Positions 22,990-32,675 of a stretch of DNA of 61,005 bases are shown piece after piece. The notes below the pieces were generated by a model that worked only from the letters and a program-made list of their open reading frames with translations, ran no database searches and was not told where the DNA came from. This DNA comes from Patescibacteria group bacterium (GTDB taxonomy: Bacteria; Patescibacteriota; Minisyncoccia; Phycocordibacterales; JANLHH01). Every line of letters begins with the position of its first letter. The first letter of the stretch is position 1. A program made the position numbers and the translations under genes. The stretch is from contig JBBTVG010000003.1 in the NCBI GenBank assembly GCA_038063375.1, positions 9,060-70,064 of the forward strand, read 5' to 3'.

Positions 22990-25401
22990 ATGAAGTCTTA
23001 CGACCACAAAAAGATAGAAAAAAAATGGCAAAAGAAATGGGAGGAGGGCGGTTTATATCACGCCGGTGAAGATTCTCGTAAACCGAAACAATACGTGCTG
23101 GGCATGTTTCCCTATCCTTCGGGAGATGGTTTGCATGTAGGGCACGTTCTAGGATATACGGCGACGGACATATATAGCCGATATAAAAGGATGGGGGGTT
23201 TTGATGTGTTGCAACCAATGGGGTGGGATGCATTCGGATTGCCTGCGGAAAACTATGCTATTAAAACCGGTACCCATCCGCGCGAAACGACCGATACGGC
23301 GATTAACAACTTTCGCAAGCAAATAAAATCACTCGGTCTTTCATATGATTGGACGCGAGAAATAGGAACGCACACGCCGGAATATTATAAATGGACACAG
23401 TGGTTTTTCCTGCTTTTATATAAAAATAACCTCGCATACAAAGCACGAGCGCACGTGAATTGGTGTGATTCGTGCAAAACGGTTCTGGCAAACGAACAGG
23501 TAGAGAACGGTCTGTGCGAGCGTTGTAAAAATCAAGTGATCCAAAAAGATCTGGAGCAGTGGTTTTTTAAGATCACCGATTTCACGGAAGATTTGATAAA
23601 CGGTCTTGATACGGTGAATTGGCCGCAATCAACGATAATCAATCAGAGAAATTGGATAGGGAAGTCGGAAGGATCGGAGATCGGATTCAAAATTAAAGAT
23701 ACGAAGCATACGATACAAGTATTCACTACGCGCGCTGACACGCTTTTTGGCGCAACATACCTCGTGCTTGCGCCGGAGCACGAGGAAATAACACATTTCA
23801 AAGAACAAATCACAAATTGGGAAGAAGTGGAAAAATATATTGAGGATGTGAAGAAAAAAACCGAGCTTGAGCGCATGGCGGAGGGGAAAGACCTGCCTAC
23901 CGGCAAGGCGGGGAAAACGGGAGTTCCCTTAAAAGGAATCAAAGCGATCAATCCGGCGAATAGCGAGGAAGTCCCTATTTTTATCGCCGACTACGTACTG
24001 GCGCACTATGGCACTGGGGCGATCATGGCCGTGCCTGCGCACGATGAGCGCGATTTTGAATTCGCGAAAAAATTTAACATTACCGTTAAAGAAGTAATTC
24101 AAGGTGGTGACCTAAGTAAGGGGGCGTATATGGGGAGCGGAACTCTGATTAATTCGGGGACGTTCAACGGAGTGGGCAGTGTTGATGCAAAAAAGGCAAT
24201 CACGGAATTTGTGGGCGGGAAAATGAAAACGACATACAAACTTCGCGACTGGCTCATTTCACGACAAAGGTATTGGGGAGCACCTATTCCTGTCGTCTAT
24301 GACCCACAGGGTACACCGCATGGAATTCCCGAGGAACACCTGCCGTGGCAGTTGCCTACAGATGTGGAATTTAAACCGACGGGCGTATCGCCACTCTCGC
24401 AATCCAAAGAACTCAAAGACCGCACGGAAAAAATATTCGGAAAAGGATGGACACCCGAAGTGGACACCTTAGACACGTTCGTATGTTCCAGCTGGTATTA
24501 TTTCCGCTTCGCCGACCCGCACAACAGTAATGCTTTTGCTTCAAAGGAAGCGCTGAAACGCTTTCTTCCTGTTGATATGTACGTAGGCGGTGCCGAGCAC
24601 ACGGTACTTCACTTGCTCTATGCGCGTTTTTTTACAAAAGTACTTCATAAACTCGGATATATATCATTCACAGAACCTTTCGCAACCCTCCGACACCAAG
24701 GAATGATACTTGCCACTGATGGAAGAAAAATGAGTAAAAGTTTTGGCAATGTGGTAAATCCGGATGACGTCGTAGAAACTTTCGGCGCGGATTCAGTCCG
24801 TATGTATGAAATGTTTATGGGATCGCTTGAAGATGCAAAACCGTGGAAAACGGATAACATTATCGGCATAAGAAGATTTTTGGAGAAAGTGTGGAGATTG
24901 CAGTTAAAAGTGCAAGAGGAAGCGTCAAAAACAGAAGATAGTACGGTAGAAGCGACACTGCACAAAACGATAAAAAAAGTGTCAGACGACATTGAAACAT
25001 TCGGGTTCAACACGGCGATCTCGCAGATGATGATTTGTGTAAATACTTTTGAAAAACAGGGAACGATCGATAGGGAAAATTTCAAAATCTTACTGAAGCT
25101 CCTCGCCCCTTTCGCGCCACACATTACGGAGGAATTATGGGAAATGCTCGAGCATACCGGATCAATTCATTTGGAAGAATGGCCAACATACGACAAGAAG
25201 AAGATAAGAGACGAAACGTTTGTTATTGCCGTTCAAATAAACGGGAAAGTGCGCGACACATTTGAGATATCCGCTGACCTGGACGAAGAGCAGGTAAAAG
25301 TACGCGCGACTTCTCTTGAAAGTGTCCGCAAATGGACCGAAGGCAAAGAGATCAAGAAATTTATCTATGTAAAAAATAAATTAGTGAGCATTGTGGTCTG
25401 A
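22990..25401 (+). CDS. leuS: leucine--tRNA ligase
   Basis: The HIGH region is MFPYPSGDGLHVGHVLGY and KMSKS is present. The length is 803 aa. Confidence 0.95.
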   Translation: MKSYDHKKIEKKWQKKWEEGGLYHAGEDSRKPKQYVLGMFPYPSGDGLHVGHVLGYTATDIYSRYKRMGGFDVLQPMGWDAFGLPAENYAIKTGTHPRETTDTAINNFRKQIKSLGLSYDWTREIGTHTPEYYKWTQWFFLLLYKNNLAYKARAHVNWCDSCKTVLANEQVENGLCERCKNQVIQKDLEQWFFKITDFTEDLINGLDTVNWPQSTIINQRNWIGKSEGSEIGFKIKDTKHTIQVFTTRADTLFGATYLVLAPEHEEITHFKEQITNWEEVEKYIEDVKKKTELERMAEGKDLPTGKAGKTGVPLKGIKAINPANSEEVPIFIADYVLAHYGTGAIMAVPAHDERDFEFAKKFNITVKEVIQGGDLSKGAYMGSGTLINSGTFNGVGSVDAKKAITEFVGGKMKTTYKLRDWLISRQRYWGAPIPVVYDPQGTPHGIPEEHLPWQLPTDVEFKPTGVSPLSQSKELKDRTEKIFGKGWTPEVDTLDTFVCSSWYYFRFADPHNSNAFASKEALKRFLPVDMYVGGAEHTVLHLLYARFFTKVLHKLGYISFTEPFATLRHQGMILATDGRKMSKSFGNVVNPDDVVETFGADSVRMYEMFMGSLEDAKPWKTDNIIGIRRFLEKVWRLQLKVQEEASKTEDSTVEATLHKTIKKVSDDIETFGFNTAISQMMICVNTFEKQGTIDRENFKILLKLLAPFAPHITEELWEMLEHTGSIHLEEWPTYDKKKIRDETFVIAVQINGKVRDTFEISADLDEEQVKVRATSLESVRKWTEGKEIKKFIYVKNKLVSIVV

Positions 25402-25427
25402 AAAAGAGGCGGATCGGGTGCCAAGAC

Positions 25428-25523
25428 TTGACCGAGCACCACCTTTACTCTTGAAACAAATAATGTAATTATTATTTCTGCAGATACCCAATGGAGGACT
25501 TAGTAAAAGTGGTGCTCGGTTGA
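25428..25523 (-). mobile_element. MITE-like element, family 1, copy 2 (88 bp plus 4-bp TTGA flanks), inverted relative to copies 1 and 3
   Basis: Terminal inverted repeats CCGAGCACCACCTTTAC (25432-25448) and GTAAAAGTGGTGCTCGG (25503-25519). TTGA lies on both sides. The reverse complement of the interior aligns with copy 1 (GGGTATCTGCAGAAATAATAAT). Confidence 0.7.
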
Positions 25524-25599
25524 CTCCGATTTGACATCATGCTAAATATAGTATATTGTATTAGACAATTCCATTGAGAGCATTGCGACAACCACTATT

Positions 25600-26625
25600 A
25601 TGACGGTAATCACATTCAAACCAAAGCAGGTTTCCAACAGACTCCTTTCCGTATTGCCGGAGAGAACCAGGGATATATTAGTTCAGCGTTACGGCCTTTC
25701 TGATGGAGAAAGATCCACACTTGAAGCGATCGGGCAAACCTACGGTATTACCCGTGAACGGGTGCGACAAATTGAAAATTTCGCGCTCAATACGATCCGG
25801 AAATCCGACACGTATCAAAAAGAAACTCCCGCATTTGAAGAATTGAAGAATGTTGTTATTTCACTCGGTGGGGTGGTTGCCGAGGATGATCTGTTGTCTC
25901 ATGTCACCAAAGACCCGAACACGCAAAACCACGTACACCTTTTTCTTGTTTTGGGGGATACCTTCCAGCGCCAAAAAGAGGATGAGCAATTCAAGCACCG
26001 ATGGGTTGTGGACAACACTGTGGCGCAAAAGGTGCATCAATCATTACAACGTCTGCATGAGGGTCTCTCAGATGAAGATCTCATCTCCGAAAGCGAAATA
26101 ATTTCACGATTTTTGGGATACCTGAAAGATGTCTCCGAAGAATATAAGAACGAAGAAATCGCAAAGCGATGGCTTTCCATTTCTAAAAAGGTGCAGAAAA
26201 ATCCACTGGGGGAATGGGGTATTGCGGAGTCGCCAAACATCAAAGCGCGCGGTATGCGTGATTACGCCTTTCTGGTTATCAGGCGCCATGGCAACCCAAT
26301 GCATTTTACCGAGGTGGCAAAAGAAATTGAAAAATCCTTTGGGAAAAAAGCTCACGTGGCAACCTGTCACAATGAACTTATCAAGGACCCTCGTTTTGTA
26401 CTTGTAGGGCGAGGTTTGTACGCCCTTTCTTCATGGGGATATTCCAGCGGTATCGTTCGCGATGTCATTGCCGACATTCTCAAAAAGAACGGCCCGCTCC
26501 CCAAACAGGATATCGTAGATAAGGTACTCAAAGAACGCTACGTAAAGCCGAATACCATTGTTGTTAATCTTCAAGACGTTAAGTATTTCAAAAAGAACAA
26601 GGACGGATCTTATACATTGGTGTAA
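25600..26625 (+). CDS. DNA-binding protein with a sigma-70 region-4-like HTH and a C-terminal HARE-HTH-like domain
   Basis: RYGLSDGERSTLEAIGQTYGITRERVRQIENFALNTIRK resembles sigma region 4. The C-terminal segment is MHFTEVAKEIEK...RFVLVGRGLYAL. Confidence 0.5.
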   Translation: MTVITFKPKQVSNRLLSVLPERTRDILVQRYGLSDGERSTLEAIGQTYGITRERVRQIENFALNTIRKSDTYQKETPAFEELKNVVISLGGVVAEDDLLSHVTKDPNTQNHVHLFLVLGDTFQRQKEDEQFKHRWVVDNTVAQKVHQSLQRLHEGLSDEDLISESEIISRFLGYLKDVSEEYKNEEIAKRWLSISKKVQKNPLGEWGIAESPNIKARGMRDYAFLVIRRHGNPMHFTEVAKEIEKSFGKKAHVATCHNELIKDPRFVLVGRGLYALSSWGYSSGIVRDVIADILKKNGPLPKQDIVDKVLKERYVKPNTIVVNLQDVKYFKKNKDGSYTLV

Positions 26626-26712
26626 GTTTCCTTTCCGTCGCCATATACTCTTTGTCTGTGGCGATTTTGAGTTCCGAAAATGTGATCTTTCGTGTATGAT
26701 AAGACATATAGT

Positions 26713-27954
26713 ATGGAATTGATCATAGATTTCTTCTCTCGTGCATTAGGAAGCGTGGTTCTCGCTTCTTATGACACGGCACCCATTTGGGTACCACTCG
26801 TACTCGGCGTAATCGCGGCGCGGACATGGGTATATTATGTTCGCGCAAATCATCTTGCCCAACAAAAATGGGTAGTACTTGAGATAAAGATTCCCCGGGA
26901 TACTTTCAAGTCGCCGCTTGCCATGGAGGTGGTGCTCTCCGCGCTTCATCAGACCAGTGGAGAGAGTAATTGGTATGCCAAATATATTCTCGGGAAGAGC
27001 AGAGTGTGGTTCTCTCTGGAATTGGTTTCCATTGAAGGGAAAGTGCGTTTTTTCTTGCTGACGCGGCCTTTTTTCAGAAGTGTCGTGCAAAATAATATAT
27101 ACGCCCAATATCCCACCATAGAGATCTTTGAAGTTGCGGATTACACATCACACGTGCCGTACGGACAAGAGGAGTCCCTCTGGTCGTTGTGGGGACTTGA
27201 ATTTGCGCTTACAAAAGAAGATCCATATCCAATCAAAACCTACGTTGATTATGGACTTGATAAAGACCCCAAAGAGGAATTCAAAATAGATCCGATGACC
27301 CCCATGCTGGAAATGCTCGGTTCTATCGGCAAAGGAAATCAGATGTGGATACAAATTTTGGTGCGCGCCACCAAGAAGGATAACAAGAAGGCAGGCGGGT
27401 TATTTGGCAAAGCGGCGGATTGGAAAAAAGACGGGGAGGAACTCGTAGAGAAACTTCGCAAAGAGTACAGCAAACAAGAACCGAAACCCGGACAGACGTT
27501 TGCATTTGATCGGACACTTACGAAAGGCCAGCAGGAAGAAATTGCCGCCATAGAACGCAGTATAGCAAAGCCCGGATTTGATTGCGGTATCAGGGGAATC
27601 TATCTGGCAAAAGGAGACACCTTTGATGCTACCAACATTCCCGGCATGCTCGGGGCGTTCAAGCAATACAACTCAAATGAACTCAATGGGTTCAAACCGT
27701 CAAACGTAACGGGGTTTGACTTTCCGTGGGAAGATTTTCGGGGTATGCGCTTGAGCGAAAAAAAGGCGACACTATTCAATGCATATGTGCGCCGCAGTTA
27801 CTTTCATCCTCCGTATAAGAGAAAGTCCTTTGTGCTCAACTCCGAGGAGCTTGCCACCATTTTCCATTTCCCGGGCAGCGTAGCGGAAACCCCAACATTT
27901 GAACGTATTGAATCCAAAAAAGTAGAACCTCCCGCAAATCTTCCGGTAGGATGA
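26713..27954 (+). CDS. conserved hypothetical membrane-anchored protein
   Basis: N-terminal TM helices are followed by WVVLEIKIPRD. The in-frame ATG at 26713 is preferred over the GTG at 26692. I recognise no catalytic motif. Confidence 0.55.
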   Translation: MELIIDFFSRALGSVVLASYDTAPIWVPLVLGVIAARTWVYYVRANHLAQQKWVVLEIKIPRDTFKSPLAMEVVLSALHQTSGESNWYAKYILGKSRVWFSLELVSIEGKVRFFLLTRPFFRSVVQNNIYAQYPTIEIFEVADYTSHVPYGQEESLWSLWGLEFALTKEDPYPIKTYVDYGLDKDPKEEFKIDPMTPMLEMLGSIGKGNQMWIQILVRATKKDNKKAGGLFGKAADWKKDGEELVEKLRKEYSKQEPKPGQTFAFDRTLTKGQQEEIAAIERSIAKPGFDCGIRGIYLAKGDTFDATNIPGMLGAFKQYNSNELNGFKPSNVTGFDFPWEDFRGMRLSEKKATLFNAYVRRSYFHPPYKRKSFVLNSEELATIFHFPGSVAETPTFERIESKKVEPPANLPVG

Positions 27955-27994
27955 TCGGCAGAAGTGTTCCACAAACGCGACTTTTTGATTTTTT

Positions 27995-29023
27995 ATGAGG
28001 ATAAGAACATATAAAGAAAAATTACAAACGGAGATACGGAAGGCAATTGACGCGTATTTCAAAAGCGATCACCCGAGGCACGTTCGCGTGGTCTCCACGG
28101 CGGCAATATCCCTGTTCGTACTGTTCGTGATCTCGTATCACGCGCTTTTTACGCCACCTCGGAACTTTCCCGTAGGCGGTCTTATCTCCATTGAAAAAGG
28201 GGAGACACTGGATGAAATTGCAAAATTGTTCGTGGAAAAAGGAGTGATACGCTCACCATTTTTGTTCAAGTCTTTTGTTATTATACTTGCCGGGGACAGG
28301 GGCTCGCTTTCCGGCGATTACTTTTTTGAGATCCCTTTTGATTCATGGCAAATGGCGACACATGTTACCCGCGGAGAATTCGGACTTGATCCTGTGCGCG
28401 TTACCATTCCGGAGGGGTTTACCGTTACTGATATTGCAAGGAAGCTCAGTGGATCACTGCCGTCATTTAATGAGGCGGAATTTATCAGATTGGCGAAAGA
28501 TGAGGAAGGGTACCTATTCCCCGATACCTATTTTTTCCTGCCGAACATTAAACCGGCCAATATCATACGCGACATGAAAGACAACTTTTCTCAAAAAACG
28601 GCAATACTCCGTGACACATTGGAAGCATCAGGGAAGACTCCCCGAGAAGTAATTACCATGGCTTCCATCATTGAAAAAGAAGCGATTACTCCCAGCGATA
28701 AAAGACTCGTTTCAGGTATACTTTGGAAGCGCATTGATATCGGCATGCCGCTTCAGGTTGACGCGCCGTTTGCCTATGCGATCAACAAAAGTACTTTTGA
28801 GCTCACCTTGGACGATCTGGCATTAGATTCCCCATATAATACGTACAAAAACCCCGGATTGCCTGCGGGACCTATCGCAAATCCGGGGTTGGAATCAATT
28901 CTTGCCGCGTTGGAACCGGAAAAATCTTCGTATCTTTTCTATCTTTCCGATAAAAAGAGCACCATTCATTACTCGGCGACATTTGAAGAACATAAGAGAA
29001 ACAAGAGCTTATTCCTTAACTGA
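27995..29023 (+). CDS. mltG: endolytic murein transglycosylase MltG (YceG-like)
   Basis: Motifs YLFPDTYFF, ASIIEKEA, LQVDAPFAYA and YNTYKNPGLPAGPIANPG. Confidence 0.9.
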   Translation: MRIRTYKEKLQTEIRKAIDAYFKSDHPRHVRVVSTAAISLFVLFVISYHALFTPPRNFPVGGLISIEKGETLDEIAKLFVEKGVIRSPFLFKSFVIILAGDRGSLSGDYFFEIPFDSWQMATHVTRGEFGLDPVRVTIPEGFTVTDIARKLSGSLPSFNEAEFIRLAKDEEGYLFPDTYFFLPNIKPANIIRDMKDNFSQKTAILRDTLEASGKTPREVITMASIIEKEAITPSDKRLVSGILWKRIDIGMPLQVDAPFAYAINKSTFELTLDDLALDSPYNTYKNPGLPAGPIANPGLESILAALEPEKSSYLFYLSDKKSTIHYSATFEEHKRNKSLFLN

Positions 29024-29060
29024 TTTTTATCAGAGAGTCCCTACGAACAGTTAAAATACC

Positions 29061-29621
29061 ATGAAAGAACGCAACTTGGCATTCATTGATTTGGAGACCA
29101 CAGGTCTGGAACTTAAACGACATGAAATTATTGAGATCGGCTGCATTGTCGCGCGGCAAATCCAGAGAGAACCCGGAGAAAAGGGCGGAGCATCTCTCCA
29201 GGTCATTGAAGAATTTGAAATAAAAGTAAAACCCGAACATTTTGAAACGGCGGATCCGGTAAGTCTTGAGATCAACGGCTATCGTGAGGATGATTGGAAG
29301 GATGCTCTCTCCCTTTCTGCCGCGATGCAAATAGTGGCCGAGAAGACCAAAGAGGCAAACATTGTTGCGCACAATGTCGCGTTTGACTGGATGTTTCTTG
29401 AAAAAGCGTTTGAGGAAACGGGCGTAAAAAACATGATGCATTACCACAAATTGGACACTATCCCGATCGCGTTTGCAAAACTCTACGACGTGCCTGAAGT
29501 ACAAAAATTTTCTCTCCGATCGCTCTGTGAATATTACGGCATTGAAAACAAAAAAGCTCATACGGCCCTCTCGGATGCGAGAGCGACGTATGAGCTGTAT
29601 CGGCGACTTATGAACGCGTAG
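29061..29621 (+). CDS. DEDDh 3'-5' exonuclease (DnaQ/epsilon-like)
   Basis: Exo motifs FIDLETTGL, AHNVAFDWMFL and HTALSDARATYELY. Confidence 0.85.
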   Translation: MKERNLAFIDLETTGLELKRHEIIEIGCIVARQIQREPGEKGGASLQVIEEFEIKVKPEHFETADPVSLEINGYREDDWKDALSLSAAMQIVAEKTKEANIVAHNVAFDWMFLEKAFEETGVKNMMHYHKLDTIPIAFAKLYDVPEVQKFSLRSLCEYYGIENKKAHTALSDARATYELYRRLMNA

Positions 29622-29880
29622 GGTCTTTGTGACGTATGGTCACAAATTCTATCTCTTGCCACTTTTCAACAACATGTTGGATGCACCCGAAGTGCCCATT
29701 TTCTGTCTGAATGACGAACCAGGGGTCTGTGTTTCCGGAATGCCTGATATCTATTATCTGTGCTTCATGGACACCCAATGAGAGCTTTTCAAGTCTTATG
29801 GGGAATAATACTTCTTTTGTTTTTACATTCACGGGCAATAGAGTAACTTCTTTGTGCACTTCTAACCTGACTGATGCCAT
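29608..29880 (-). CDS. hypothetical protein
   Basis: An AAGGAGG ribosome-binding site lies 9 nt before the ATG at 29880. It overlaps the previous gene convergently by 14 nt. Confidence 0.5.
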   Translation of the reverse strand: MASVRLEVHKEVTLLPVNVKTKEVLFPIRLEKLSLGVHEAQIIDIRHSGNTDPWFVIQTENGHFGCIQHVVEKWQEIEFVTIRHKDPTRS

Positions 29881-29957
29881 GCGGGACAACCTCCTTTGCG
29901 GCGTGAACAGTAAAAATTTTCATTTAATCTGACTTTTTATATCAAATTTGAAAGTTC

Positions 29958-31094
29958 ATGTCAACGATGCTAGAGTTACGTAACATGTCGCCTACGAGCA
30001 AAAATACAAAGAAAAAAACAAAAGTTTTCGTCGGTCTCTCGGGAGGAGTGGACTCTTCGGTAGCGGCGGCGCTCCTCCAAAAAGAAGAGTTTGATGTCAC
30101 AGGGGTGTTCATCAAGGTATGGCAGCCGCCGTTTTTGCCATGCACATGGCGAGAGGAACAGAGAGACGCGATGCGCGTTGCCGCCCACTTGGACATTCCA
30201 TTTTACACATTTGATTTTGAAAAAGAATATAAAAAAGAAGTTGTAGACTACATGATTGGTGAATACAAAGAAGGAAGGGTGCCGAACCCCGATGTCATGT
30301 GCAATAAGAATATAAAGTTTGGCGCTTTTTTGGACAAGGCGCTTGCAATGGGGGCGGATCTTATTGCCATGGGACACTATGCGCGCATCAAACGAATGGG
30401 AGAGGGAAGCGGAGAAAAAAAGGAGGCGCCAGAGCATCTCTTGCTTAAAGGGGTTGATGAGAATAAAGACCAATCCTATTTTCTTTGGACACTGACAGAA
30501 AAGCAATTGGCGCAGACGCTATTTCCGATCGGGGGATATAAAAAATCGGAAGTAAGAGAGATGGCGGAAAAATTTGGGCTCCCCACGGCGCAAAAAAAAG
30601 ACAGCCAAGGACTTTGTTTTATCGGCAAAGTGGAAATGAAAGATTTTTTGAAGCACTATATTGACGAGAAACCGGGCGATGCTATTGATACAAAAGGGAC
30701 TGTTATCGGTCGCCACGAGGGGGCGTGGTTTTATACGATCGGACAGAGACATGGGTTTATGATCGCTAAAAAAAGCGCGCACGAACTCCCATACTATGTC
30801 ATTGGAAAAGATATTCGGGCGAACACGATCACCGTGGCCAATCAGCAGATAGAGGAAGGTTTTGCGAAAAGGGAAGTTATCTTGAAAGACGTCAACTGGA
30901 ATTACGCGACACCTCAAAAAGGAAAAAACTATCAAGCGAGGACCAGATACAGACAAGTATTGCAAGCATGTGAGATGCTCCCTTTGGGGAATGAGACGCA
31001 AGTGGTGTTTGCTGTGCCGCAAAATGTCGCACCGGGACAATCCTTAGTGTTGTACGATGATGATCAGTGCTTGGGAGGAGGTATTATCGCATAG
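29958..31094 (+). CDS. mnmA: tRNA 2-thiouridine(34) synthase MnmA
   Basis: The PP-loop is VFVGLSGGVDSSVAA, with full-length collinearity. The start could instead be at 29985. Confidence 0.92.
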   Translation: MSTMLELRNMSPTSKNTKKKTKVFVGLSGGVDSSVAAALLQKEEFDVTGVFIKVWQPPFLPCTWREEQRDAMRVAAHLDIPFYTFDFEKEYKKEVVDYMIGEYKEGRVPNPDVMCNKNIKFGAFLDKALAMGADLIAMGHYARIKRMGEGSGEKKEAPEHLLLKGVDENKDQSYFLWTLTEKQLAQTLFPIGGYKKSEVREMAEKFGLPTAQKKDSQGLCFIGKVEMKDFLKHYIDEKPGDAIDTKGTVIGRHEGAWFYTIGQRHGFMIAKKSAHELPYYVIGKDIRANTITVANQQIEEGFAKREVILKDVNWNYATPQKGKNYQARTRYRQVLQACEMLPLGNETQVVFAVPQNVAPGQSLVLYDDDQCLGGGIIA

Positions 31095-31097
31095 AAT

Positions 31098-31256
31098 AAA
31101 GGGTATTAAACCGCAGGGCAGCGCCTCTACCCATTTTGTGTTCACTTCGCTCACTCTTTCCCGCCCCAAGGGGCGGGGTATTAAACCCTTTGTTGCCGTC
31201 TCTCGCTCGGGAATGAAAAAAAGATTTTTTCATTCCGCTCACTCGCTAGGCAATAA
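31098..31256 (+). repeat. modular palindromic repeat locus, family 2 (two adjacent units)
   Basis: GGGTATTAAACC boxes lie at 31101 and 31176 and CGCTCACTC boxes at 31148 and 31236. There are GC hairpins CCCGCCCCAAGGGGCGGG and GGAATGAAAAAAAGATTTTTTCATTCC. Unit 31176-31256 is nearly identical to the reverse complement of 56498-56581. Confidence 0.7.
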
Positions 31257-31348
31257 ACGTCAGGAATTCGTCTCTCTGTCAAGGTTGTCGTAAGGTTTTC
31301 ATGTGGTAGAATGGCGGTGTCATTAGCAACTATATATTATTACGATTT

Positions 31349-31882
31349 ATGCCGAATAACAAATATTACTCAAGAAACAACCTTATCTCTACGTTCCTTA
31401 TTGGAGTTCTGGCGGGATTCGGCTTGTATTCCATGTGGGATAATTCCGCTGCCGTGAAGAGTTTCGTAAAACAAGACAAAGGGGTGCAAAAAGAAGGAGA
31501 CGTGATGGATGAATCTTTAAATGAAGGTGCTTTGCTTGATACGAATAAAGAATCTTTCGGTACATACGTGCTCTCCGCACAAGACCAGCCGGAGGGGCTT
31601 AAAGTGCTTATTGATTCTGCAATAATGAGCGCGCAAGGATGGATCGTGATCCATGAGGATCGTGATGGCGCTCCGGGCAATATTTTGGGAGCGCAGCGCT
31701 TTGAGGCGGGTGTTTCCGCGGGGGAAGTGGAACTCCAGCGCAATACCGTTGAAGGGGGAACATACTACGCTATGGTCCATACTGATGATGGCGATGGCCA
31801 ATTTGATCACACAAAAGATCTCCCCTTAATAGAAAACGACGCGCCGGTCATGGTGAAATTCAGCGCTATCCGCGCCCACTAA
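31349..31882 (+). CDS. secreted or membrane-anchored hypothetical protein
   Basis: N-terminal TM helix LISTFLIGVLAGFGLY. The C-terminal domain contains GWIVIHEDRDGAPGNILG...YYAMVHTDDGDGQFD. Confidence 0.55.
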   Translation: MPNNKYYSRNNLISTFLIGVLAGFGLYSMWDNSAAVKSFVKQDKGVQKEGDVMDESLNEGALLDTNKESFGTYVLSAQDQPEGLKVLIDSAIMSAQGWIVIHEDRDGAPGNILGAQRFEAGVSAGEVELQRNTVEGGTYYAMVHTDDGDGQFDHTKDLPLIENDAPVMVKFSAIRAH

Positions 31883-31901
31883 TCAATTAAGCCCGCTACA
31901 C

Positions 31902-32321
31902 ATGTGGCTTTTTTACGCACTTCTTTCCGCATTGACCGCCGCGCTTGTCGCGATTTTTGCGAAGCTCGGCCTTAAAGACCTTGATTCTATTCTCGCGACG
32001 ACCATTCGCGGAATTATCATGGCATCATTCCTTGTGGTGGTCAGCTTATTCTTGAAAAAATTTGACGGATTTTCTCTGGCATCACTGAATCAAAAGGAAT
32101 GGCTTTTGATAACCCTTGCGGGTATTTCCGGCGCGCTTTCGTGGCTCTTCTACTTTTTCGCATTGCAAAAGGGCGACGCTACCGGCGTGGTGGCCATTGA
32201 TAAATTGAGTATCGTGTTTGTCGTCCTTCTTGCCGCAATATTTCTTTCCGAAGGCATTGGCTGGAAGTCCGCCGCAGGCGCTCTTCTTATGGTGGGGGGC
32301 GCGATCCTTATCGCGTTCTAG
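31902..32321 (+). CDS. small EamA-like (DMT superfamily) membrane protein
   Basis: A single EamA-type domain with 4-5 TM helices, 139 aa. Confidence 0.6.
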   Translation: MWLFYALLSALTAALVAIFAKLGLKDLDSILATTIRGIIMASFLVVVSLFLKKFDGFSLASLNQKEWLLITLAGISGALSWLFYFFALQKGDATGVVAIDKLSIVFVVLLAAIFLSEGIGWKSAAGALLMVGGAILIAF

Positions 32322-32382
32322 AATGTATTCTACGGGGGTCAACTCAATTGTTTTTTATATAAATTTGATATAATGTATTCGT

Positions 32383-32673
32383 ATGAATAAAAATAATCTC
32401 TCTTTTAATTTACCAGTTATGATTACAAAGCAAGGGCGACGTTTTGTTGCTTATACTCCCGCGCTTGATATATCCACTTCGGGGAAATCCGAAAAAGACG
32501 TTCAAAAAAAGTTTGCAGAATTGGCAAACTTATTTCTTGAGGAAATAATACAAGCTGGCACTGCGAATGATGTGTTGTCTGAATTAGGTTGGAAAAAAGC
32601 ACAAAGAAACTGGAGTCCTCCGCAGGTTGTATCCTCAAAATTTGTCGGTGTGCGCATGCCTAGTTTTGCTTAA
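32383..32673 (+). CDS. hicB: HicB-family antitoxin
   Basis: RRFVAYTPALDISTSGKSEKDVQKKFAELANLFLEE matches the UPF0150/HicB fold signature, and the gene is followed by hicA fragments. Confidence 0.7.
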   Translation: MNKNNLSFNLPVMITKQGRRFVAYTPALDISTSGKSEKDVQKKFAELANLFLEEIIQAGTANDVLSELGWKKAQRNWSPPQVVSSKFVGVRMPSFA

Positions 32674-32675
32674 AC

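Noticed and set aside
31057-31293. 78-aa ORF on the + strand spanning the mnmA 3' end and the repeat locus.
   Set aside because: It reads straight through the family 2 palindromic repeats and overlaps the mnmA stop. It has no ribosome-binding site, and its sequence is dictated by the repeat boxes.
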